Assembly: GCA_026397015.1 (NCBI GenBank)
Contig: JAPLVR010000003.1
Coordinates: 64,001 to 128,000, forward strand
Direction of reading: 5' to 3'
DNA length: 64,000 bases
Origin: Candidatus Iainarchaeum sp.
Lineage (GTDB): Archaea > Iainarchaeota > Iainarchaeia > Iainarchaeales > JAAZKV01
A model generated the notes under the pieces. The model did not search any database. It was not told the DNA's origin and saw only the letters and a list, made by a program, of their open reading frames with translations. Positions 28,769-37,200 of this stretch are shown here, in pieces. Position numbers and translations under genes: made by a program. Within the stretch, counting starts at the first letter, position 1, and each line of letters opens with the position of its first letter.

Positions 28769-31075
28769 TTATTCTTCTTCTTTTTTCTTTCCTTCTTCTT
28801 TTTCGCTGCTGAACCGCGGAATCGCAACAGTATTTACCCAGTTCTTCCACTGGCCGAGCAATTGCTCGTAGTTCGCCTTGCCTTCTTCCTCAATCATAAT
28901 TTCTTTCATAAGAAGCAATTTGTTGGAACAGAGAGAAGTGCACTCGGCTTCAAGCAGGCTCGGAAGCTTCAATTTGTTTTTTTGCTCCACGAGGAAGAGC
29001 TTTGCATTCCCCCTAAGCCTTATGTCTTCCCAGATTTCATTGACCGTCATGCCCGAAGTTTTTTGGACCTTCTGCAGCAACTCGCTTTCCTTTAAATTGT
29101 CTTCCATTAATTCGAGAGAATCTTTTGCGGCGTCATAGCTCATCAGAGAAAGCAGCCCGCCTTCGCGCTCGGGGTCATCGTTCCAGTGCTTCTTTATTTC
29201 GGTAATTTCAACAACACGCCTGACTCTTTGGGAGCTTCCCTTAAATCTTATCGGCCTTGCAACGACAACCAAATCCGTCGCCTTAAAGGAAGTGGTCGGA
29301 ACTTCCAAATCATTTACAACACGGTCCCAAACGGAGTAAGCGGAATCCGCGTGAATGGTTCCGAGAACAACATTTCCGGCGGCGCCGATTCTCATTGCTT
29401 CGTACAAAACTTTTGCTTCTTTGGACCTTACTTCTCCGATTATCAGCGCGGAATCACCCAGACGCAGCGCCGTTCTCAGCGCTTCTTCCGGCGCAACTTC
29501 TGTTTCGGTTTTTGAAACGCTAATCGGGCTCCTTGTTTTCAGGCGCTGAATATTGAAGCCGACTTCTTTCATGTAATCAATCGGAAGTTCAAGTGTGTCT
29601 TCCTGAACTATTATTCTCGAGTTCATCGGGATTTCAAGCATGACTGCACTGAGAAGGGAAGTTTTTCCCGAACCCCTTGAACCGGCAATAAGTGTTGTCG
29701 CCTGCATATCGGTAAAAAAACTAAGCAACCCTGCCGCAAGAGGGTTGATGTAATTTACATCTACAAATTGTTCAAGCGTCCACGGAGTTATTTTGTGCAA
29801 TCTGAAAGCGAAGGCGGAACCGGAAGGAGAAAGAGGCGGGCCGATTAAAGCGACTCTCGAATCCAAATCAGGAAGGTCGAAATCGAGGACAGGATGCGCC
29901 TCGTCAAAAGGCCTGGCGGACATTGCCCTCATTTTTGAAATCAGCGAATTTGCCTCGTTTTCCGTAAAAGTAACATTTGTCTGGCACTGGCCATAATCCG
30001 CATGAACGACATAAATCGGCTTTCCCCCGATTGGCGCGTCAATATAAATGTCGGTGAGCTTCCTGTCATTCAAAAGAACTTCAAGTATCCCATAACCTAC
30101 CGTGTAGCGCGCAACGACCTGGCCGAGCGCAACCATTTCCTCCGGCGTCAAACGAACTTTATAATATTCCGCGATTTCCTTTATTGTGGATTCGTACATT
30201 CTCTCAAAATATCTGCGCGAAGTCGCAACTGTGCTCAGCGAAGTTTTTCCGGGCTTGTAAGTCGCAACTATTTCACGCGTCTTGCTTAAAACAAAATACT
30301 TGTCGGGCGCAAGCGAATACTCCGGCGGATTTACGAAATAAATTTTTTCAAGTTTATCAGGCTTGGAAAAAATTTGAACTGTTGTGTCCTTTACACCATA
30401 CTCGTCAAGAATTTCGAGGTTCTCCATTCCGGCGAAAGAAAGTTTTGAACCGATGAAACTCGGCTTTATTTCCGCCTCAAAAATTCCTTTGTAAATTACT
30501 TTCGTATCCGGCATTTCCGCCAATTCCGTAAGCAATTTTTTTGCCTTCTGCACAAGCACCGTTTTGTCAAATTCCTGTTTTACCCGCACAAGCGAATCAA
30601 GGTAAGGCTCAGTGCACTCCGCGTATTCTTCGCTGCCCTGCTTTATTTTTTCCTGCTCTTTCCTTAATTCGTTCAACAATGTGAGGTAGGAAAGAATCGG
30701 GTCGAAATTAATGAGGTCATTTGCGATGCGCACCATCACCTGGTGCCTTTCCGGAAAGTACTGTTCGCATTCTTTTGCGGGCTTTCCCAAATGGGAGTAA
30801 CTCCAAACGCTTTCCACGTGAAACTTCTGGGAAAGGTTTGCGATTTCCATCAAAATTTTTGTCGGCTCTTCCTCATAAACCCTTTCATAAACCTCCGCCA
30901 AAACAATCCTGTCTGCCTCAACATCCTGAAGGGTTTTCAAAACGTGAAAGCGGCAGTGATGGTCATCCGCTATTGTCGCGGAATAAACACAATTCTTACA
31001 GTCGAAAATCAGCGCGCGCTTTCCGCCGATATCCCTCACGGTGTATTCTCCAACCTTAAAACCGCCAATCTTCAT
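28769..31075 (-). CDS. Large type II/IV secretion or type IV pilus ATPase with an N-terminal Cys/His domain
   Basis: Walker A GSRGSGKT, EDTLEL, LRLGDSALIIGEVRS and GTIHA; N-terminal DCKNC..HHCRFH. ATG at 31075 after a GGTGT RBS. Confidence 0.92.
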   Translation of the reverse strand: MKIGGFKVGEYTVRDIGGKRALIFDCKNCVYSATIADDHHCRFHVLKTLQDVEADRIVLAEVYERVYEEEPTKILMEIANLSQKFHVESVWSYSHLGKPAKECEQYFPERHQVMVRIANDLINFDPILSYLTLLNELRKEQEKIKQGSEEYAECTEPYLDSLVRVKQEFDKTVLVQKAKKLLTELAEMPDTKVIYKGIFEAEIKPSFIGSKLSFAGMENLEILDEYGVKDTTVQIFSKPDKLEKIYFVNPPEYSLAPDKYFVLSKTREIVATYKPGKTSLSTVATSRRYFERMYESTIKEIAEYYKVRLTPEEMVALGQVVARYTVGYGILEVLLNDRKLTDIYIDAPIGGKPIYVVHADYGQCQTNVTFTENEANSLISKMRAMSARPFDEAHPVLDFDLPDLDSRVALIGPPLSPSGSAFAFRLHKITPWTLEQFVDVNYINPLAAGLLSFFTDMQATTLIAGSRGSGKTSLLSAVMLEIPMNSRIIVQEDTLELPIDYMKEVGFNIQRLKTRSPISVSKTETEVAPEEALRTALRLGDSALIIGEVRSKEAKVLYEAMRIGAAGNVVLGTIHADSAYSVWDRVVNDLEVPTTSFKATDLVVVARPIRFKGSSQRVRRVVEITEIKKHWNDDPEREGGLLSLMSYDAAKDSLELMEDNLKESELLQKVQKTSGMTVNEIWEDIRLRGNAKLFLVEQKNKLKLPSLLEAECTSLCSNKLLLMKEIMIEEEGKANYEQLLGQWKNWVNTVAIPRFSSEKEEGKKKEEE

Positions 31076-31137
31076 TAAACGACACCAATCGGGCAAGCTG
31101 CCAGAGACGAGGCAAATGCCGTTAGAATATATATTAA

Positions 31138-31156
31138 AGAAATATAAAAGGTTTCG
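31138..31156 (-). promoter_or_regulatory. BRE/TATA promoter of the large pilus operon
   Basis: The minus strand reads CGAAACCTTTTATATTTC. Confidence 0.6.
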
Positions 31157-31384
31157 TAGAGGTTTTTTGGCAAAAAAACATTACTATCAAGTACTAAATA
31201 TTTGGGGCGCAAGCATTATTCTGGCACGGTTTATCCAAATTGGATTTTGGCGAAAAAAATCGAAATTTACGGCGTGCCGGCGGCTTACATCATCGAAAAG
31301 GCCGCAAAAAAGCCCGGCAAAAATCAAAATGCCGCCGCACACGAACGGAAAACATTTATAAATACCGCAAGAGAAGAATGTGTT

Positions 31385-31828
31385 ATGCGCGGAAGAAAAA
31401 GAACACAAAGGATGCCGATGGCGGCGGGGCCGCACTCTTTCAGGGGAATTATCAATCCCGCCGTTGCGCGAAAAATGAAATTAAAAAAAGCAATAAAGCT
31501 GCAGAAAAAAAAGATCGGGCGGAAGATTGGGCGCATAATTGCAATGACTGAATACAATCCAACAGTTGAAAAAATGAGGCAAAGACCGGAAAAAAAGCAG
31601 GGCGGGATGGAAAAATTTGAAAAAATCGAGAAGCTGGCCAGGGAAATCGAGGGGGCAAAGGGAGAGCTTGACTATTACAAAAACGCCATGGAAGGGGCGA
31701 AAGAGGATTACGCGGAAATGATGCGCAGGCGGAGGAAGCTTCTGCCCATACGGCTGAGTTTTGCGCCAAAAAAAGTGCGTGCAAGGTACCTCAGAATGGG
31801 GGAGCGCGGCAAAGGGAAAAAAGCGTAA
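31385..31828 (+). CDS. Highly basic hypothetical protein with a coiled coil
   Basis: ATG at 31385 lies ~25 nt after AAACATTTATAAATA; Arg/Lys-rich. Confidence 0.6.
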   Translation: MRGRKRTQRMPMAAGPHSFRGIINPAVARKMKLKKAIKLQKKKIGRKIGRIIAMTEYNPTVEKMRQRPEKKQGGMEKFEKIEKLAREIEGAKGELDYYKNAMEGAKEDYAEMMRRRRKLLPIRLSFAPKKVRARYLRMGERGKGKKA

Positions 31829-31897
31829 AAAGGCGCGCAAGAAAGGCCGAAAGGCCCAGAACAGCCGTACGAAAAAAATGCAACAACAAATTAGGCA

Positions 31898-32669
31898 GTG
31901 AAAAAAATGGGTAGCATTGAAAGGGCGCTTTTTTCCGCCTTTAAAAATGACGGGGTTCTTCCGGAGCACCAAAAGTCAATACTCGGTTTTCTTGAAAGGC
32001 TGAAAAGGAGGAGCCGTGAACATTACGCACACTCCGTAAGAACCGCCCTTCTTGCTTCAAAAATAGGCCGCCATCTCAATACCGACCCGAAGGCGTTTCT
32101 TTTTGTCGGAGCCCTTCACGATATCGGAAAAATAAAAATTCCCGGTAAAGTGCTTGGAAAAAAAGGGGCGTTTACAAAAACGGATAAAAAAAATAATGGA
32201 CAGGCACGTGCTTTACTCCTATAAAATGCTCAAAAAAATACACCCTTTTTCCGCAGAGATTTCCTTGCTCCACCATTATTACCAGTTAGAAGGCTACCCG
32301 AAAAAATTGCCAAAAAGAAATCCGAAATTTTCCCCTGAAACGTGGAAAAAAATCGAGTTTTACGCAAAGATTCTTGCAATCGCGGACGTTTATGATGCTG
32401 CAACAACCAGGCCCGCAAAGGCGCATGGCTTCAGGAGGCCTCTTGCCCCTGCAGAAGCAAAGGCGTGCCTGATAAAAAAATTTATGGAACCGGAACAAAG
32501 AAAAATAATAAACTGTTTGTACAGGGCAAAAATTTTTGGCAAAAAAACAAAAATTCCTTCACAAAAAATGCGGGCCGGAAAAACTTTAAAGAAAAGGAAA
32601 TTTCCTGCAGGCAAGACAATTGTGCAAACCGGCGGCGGAAGAATTGTAATGCGGCGCATCCGCCGTTAA
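31898..32669 (+). pseudogene. HD-GYP-type phosphohydrolase split by a frameshift in an A8 run
   Basis: Frame 1 carries HSVRTA...ALHDIGK; frame 2 carries HHYYQLEGYP...ILAIADVYDA. The frames join if A8 at 32186-32193 becomes A7. Confidence 0.78.
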
Positions 32670-32731
32670 ATAAAAAACATATTCGGCAGCAACAGAAAAG
32701 CATTTTAACCCCGAAGCGGTTTATTATCTTC

Positions 32732-33391
32732 ATGCCCTCAAAAAAAAAATATGCGTTTAAGAAAAAAACCGCGAAACGAAAGGCGGCGCTTCCAGAAAAA
32801 ATAAAATCGCACTGGGCGAAACAGGAAGAGAAAATAAGGAAAAGCCAATTGAGGCAATTTGAATTTTTTATTCTCGGTTTTGTTTTATTCTACTTAATTG
32901 TTTCAGCGATTGTTTCAATTGTTCCGCAGAGTTTTTTCGAGGCCCTTACGGGAATGACACTAAAAAGTTTGCTTGCACTGCAGGGATTGGAGGTAAGCGG
33001 AGCGATAAAAGCGGTTGAAGGGTTCGGCGAGGTTTTTGTTCTGCAAATTGGAAGCGGAACGGCGGCAAAAGAAATAATCATTTCATGGCTCTGTTCGGGC
33101 ACATTCGAAATAATTATTTTGGCTTGCGCGATTCTGGCGAGCTTTGGCGTTGAGTGGAGGAAGAAGTTTCACGGAATAGCAGTTGCAATAATCGCAGGAT
33201 ACTTTTTCAATTTGATTCGCGTTTGGCTCACCGTAAATATTGTGCTGACGCAAAATATCCAAATCGTTGAATTCGCGCATGACTTACTGTTCAGGGCGGT
33301 GCTTTTCCTATACATAACAGGATTTTATATTTTATGGTTTTTTTGGGCGGTTGGGGCAACAGAAAAAACAATCGGCAAAAAACGAATTTAA
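32732..33391 (+). CDS. Archaeosortase/exosortase family transpeptidase
   Basis: Multi-TM protein with the catalytic triad motifs CSG, NLIRV and FAHD; ATG at 32732 after AAAGCATTTTAAC. Confidence 0.85.
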   Translation: MPSKKKYAFKKKTAKRKAALPEKIKSHWAKQEEKIRKSQLRQFEFFILGFVLFYLIVSAIVSIVPQSFFEALTGMTLKSLLALQGLEVSGAIKAVEGFGEVFVLQIGSGTAAKEIIISWLCSGTFEIIILACAILASFGVEWRKKFHGIAVAIIAGYFFNLIRVWLTVNIVLTQNIQIVEFAHDLLFRAVLFLYITGFYILWFFWAVGATEKTIGKKRI

Positions 33392-33439
33392 AAATACCTT
33401 TAAATACTTGAGGGGCACAATAAATGTAGTGATTTTATA

Positions 33440-33724
33440 GTGAAAGTTTATTGGACAAAGCACGCAGTGGAAAGGTTCATAGAAAGGGCGCTGATTCACG
33501 GCTTTACCAGAACGGAAATAGAAATTATAATAAAAAAACAGGAAGTCAGAATTCCAAAAGGGCTTGATGAAAAATATGGCAAAAACAAATTTGAAACTAT
33601 CGGTTTGGTTGCCGGAAAATATTTAACCGTGCAAAAGGCAGAGGGCAAGGAAAACATTATTGTAATTACCCTATGGGAATCAAAGGAAAAGGAGGTTAAA
33701 ATATGGCTTTCAAAACAAAAATAA
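33440..33724 (+). CDS. DUF4258/RelE-like toxin
   Basis: Motifs YWTKHAVERF and IIVITLW; overlaps the downstream antitoxin. Confidence 0.7.
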   Translation: MKVYWTKHAVERFIERALIHGFTRTEIEIIIKKQEVRIPKGLDEKYGKNKFETIGLVAGKYLTVQKAEGKENIIVITLWESKEKEVKIWLSKQK

Positions 33725-34047
33725 AATGCCCAATATGCGGGGGAAACGCAATCCTCTCAAAAGCGGGCATGGAAACGATGAATGGCCTCATAAGGATAAA
33801 AGACAATCCGGTTTACGAGTGCCAGAAATGCAAAGAAACGGTTGCAAGCGGCGAGATGGTTGACAGGGCGCTTGAAAAGGCAAGGCACCAATTCAACTTT
33901 GAGAGGCAGATAATTTCCACCGGCGGCTCGCTCGCAATAACACTGCCGACGGACGTTTCAAAATACTACCGCCTAAGCAAGGGAAAAACAATCCAAATAA
34001 TACCGCAGGCAAAGAATGAATTCAGAGTAATAACGCAAAAGCAATAA
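33703..34047 (+). CDS. YgiT/MqsA-type zinc finger plus AbrB/MazE-domain antitoxin
   Basis: CPICGG...CQKCKE, then RQIISTGGSLAITLP (AbrB-like). Confidence 0.75.
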   Translation: MAFKTKIKCPICGGNAILSKAGMETMNGLIRIKDNPVYECQKCKETVASGEMVDRALEKARHQFNFERQIISTGGSLAITLPTDVSKYYRLSKGKTIQIIPQAKNEFRVITQKQ

Positions 34048-34218
34048 TCTACACACAGTAAGCCTTTTATTAATCTACAACGCCCCCGAAAACAAAACCT
34101 TTATTAATACAGTAAAGATATAATCAATACAATAGGAGCAATCAATTTTAGCGAGTTAACTAGTTAAGTGAATTGGGGAATTTAGGCGTTGAAGTTGGAG
34201 TTTGTTGGGGTGCTTTGA

Positions 34219-37200
34219 TTGATTTCCGAGAAGTTGGCCGGCTTTTACACAAGGGTTGAAGACAAGTACTTTGATTTCCTTGATTTTTTAGACGCAAAAG
34301 GCATGCCCGTTTACAAATACTCCGATTTTTTCGAAAACAAGGGAATACCGAGTTTTATTGTCACAGTTGCGATTCTTGTTCTGCTGATTACTTTGATAAG
34401 TGTTGGCCTGGCGATGAGCGTGCCGGCGACGCAGCAAATAGTTCTGATGCTGAGGGATGCGGAGGGAAATCCGTTGCAGGGAGTAAGTGTAACAGTTTTG
34501 AATATGAGCGGGGAAACTATCGCCGGACCGTTGGAAAAGAATGACGGCGACACAATCGAAATCCCGAAACTGCCGCAGGGAACGAAAGTTAAGCTGATTG
34601 CGAGCAAGGACGGCTACCAGATAGGAGATGCTGAAATTGCGCTCGGAACAGAAATTGCAACCGGAACGTTATCGCTCGAACCCGCATTCGAAGGAATAAA
34701 CGCAATCCTGAATCTTGTTGATGCCGAAAACGGAACAAACATTACCGGAGCCACAGCGATGGCAACCTGGAACGAAATGCTTTTCAATTTTGACACAGAC
34801 AACAACGGAAACTACATTAAATCCGGAATGCCCGAGGGAAAAACTGTTACTCTTACTGCGGAAGCGGACGGCTACGACGGGCTTTCGACCACAACAACTT
34901 TCTATGATAAAAGCCCGCGAATTTTTAAGATGACCCCTTCGAGCCAGGGATACGACCAAAAATCAAATGTAATTGTCACTGTAAAGGACTCGGCCGGAAA
35001 CACAATCGATGGCGCAAAAGTAACTCTCATCAACAAGGCAAATGAGGTAATTCTTTTAGAGGATTACACAAAACAGGGAAGCGTTGCGGGCGCAATACAA
35101 ACTGGAATTGTGCTAAAAATAATTGTTGAAAAAGACGGTTACCTTCAATATGATTCAGAAAGTGAAGCGAAACTAATAACGCTAAGGGAAAAAGAAAGGC
35201 AGATAGACGTTGTGCTAAAACAGGGCGGGGAAAAATTGAATGTTCTTGTTACAAACAAGCTCGGCCTCGCGCTTGAAAACACGAGCGTTCAACTTTATGA
35301 TATTCAGGGAAACCTTATTGATGCGGGAAAAACAACTGTAAGCGGAATCGAATTCGGAGGCCTTGATTCAAATGAAATGCTTATTGTTACGGCGCATCAC
35401 GAAGGATATCTTGCGCAGAGAAAAAAGGTAAATGTCGCTTCAACGGAAGAGGTAACTTTCGCGCTCGAACCCGTAACCGGCAACAATTCCGCAGCGCTCG
35501 ATATTTTTGCGGTCGATGAGTTTGCGCAGGTGGTAAACGGAGCGAATGTAGCAATCTATATTAATGAAGACGGAAACATGCTGCCATACGGTTACTCAGA
35601 ACTTGTAACGCCGATAACCGGATATGTGCGCGCGACTGTGGAAAGCGGAAAAATTTATGAGGTCAGGGCGGAAACGGCGGTGCTCCAGGGAGAAACAAGC
35701 GCGCAAGTTCCGGGGAAAACGCCGGTGAAGGCGTACGTCATAATGAAAAAGAAGGCGCAGATACTTGAAATGATTTTTGAGGGCCCAAAGGGGGAAAAAA
35801 TCTACGGAACGGCGGAAGTAAATACGATTGAGGGAGAACCTCTCTACGACGGAAATATTTCAAATTCAAAAATTTTCTTCGACGCGGAAGGAAAAGAAGT
35901 TGTTGAAGTAATAGTTTACCTTTCCGATGGAAACATGTTTTCCGAGAATGTAAATGTAAAAGGAAAAGACACTGTAACGGTTGTGGTTTACGGTGGAACT
36001 GTAGATGCGCTGGCGCCGAAAATCGAATTTGTGGGCCTTGAGGATGAGGCTGGAAATGAAATCGGCGGAATTACGCCGGGTGCTTTTTATTGGGCAAAAT
36101 TTTCAGTAACGTTCCCTCTCGGGGCGGAAAAAGGCGGGGTCCATTTTAGAATTGGAAACGATGCTGTTAAGTTTGCTGAATCTGGCAACGGCGCAATATT
36201 TGAGCTGGGCATGCAGGGCGCCAACACTTTTTATTCTACTTCATACTCCCCAACGCCAGCGCCGGGAAATGAAACGATCGACAGAGCAAATGCAGGGGAT
36301 GTTGGAAATGCAAACAAATGGGTCGAAGGGACTCTTGGCCAGCCGAACGGAACTTACATCGCAAAAGTAAAAATAAGAGTGAGCGATTACACCGCCGGAA
36401 CAATCGATTTGAAATACAGGGCGTGGGGAATAAACCAAACAAGCTATTACAGAAATCCGGAAGACATTTCGCTTGGAAACAATGCATTTACGGATGCGAA
36501 AAGCGGGCTCTACGCGGAGGCAAGAGTTCAACAGTTGAAGCTTTACGAATCATTGCCGGAATGCAGCGGAAACATTTGCCTCGCATTAAATTTCCTTGAC
36601 GGCGATGGAAAATTTTACGATACCACCGCGTTCCAACCAATAAAAGGAAATGTTTATGCTCTTGAAGCGGAAGTTTCAGTGCAAGAGGGGGAAACAGTTG
36701 AGATGACAGTTTCTTCCCCTGAAAAAATAAAGTTCACTTCAGTACAGAAAGTTGCGGCAGGGTCTTCAACAGGATTTTCCGGAAGTGAAACGGGAGGAAC
36801 AACGAGCGGCTTCGGCGGAGGAAACGGAACAACCACTTATGGAACAGGCACAGGGGATTCCAACACGGGAATTTCAACGGGGCTTGTGGACAGGGCGACA
36901 GCGAGCGGCGTTCCTGAAGTTTTTTCTCAAAAGAAAAGCAAATTGAGTTTCGCGGCAACGGACACGAATTACTTCCCAACAACACTGGGTTCAAGCAGCG
37001 ACATACAGGGGATGGTTCCAAGGGGCGCCGGAACGACTGGTGGATTAGCGGGAACAAAAGAGATGACGACACGCGTCACGATAGGGCCAGGAGGAAAACA
37101 AAGAATAAGATTTTATTTCGTGGGCGATGATCTTGGAGCGGCCCAGATAAATTTCAAAGCAGTCGGAAGCACTCAAATTGAGAAAGCAATTTCATTCAAC

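Noticed and set aside
31202-31384. TTG-started N-terminal extension of the basic protein; likewise 32465-32731 for the sortase
   Set aside because: BRE/TATA boxes inside these extensions point to downstream ATG starts.
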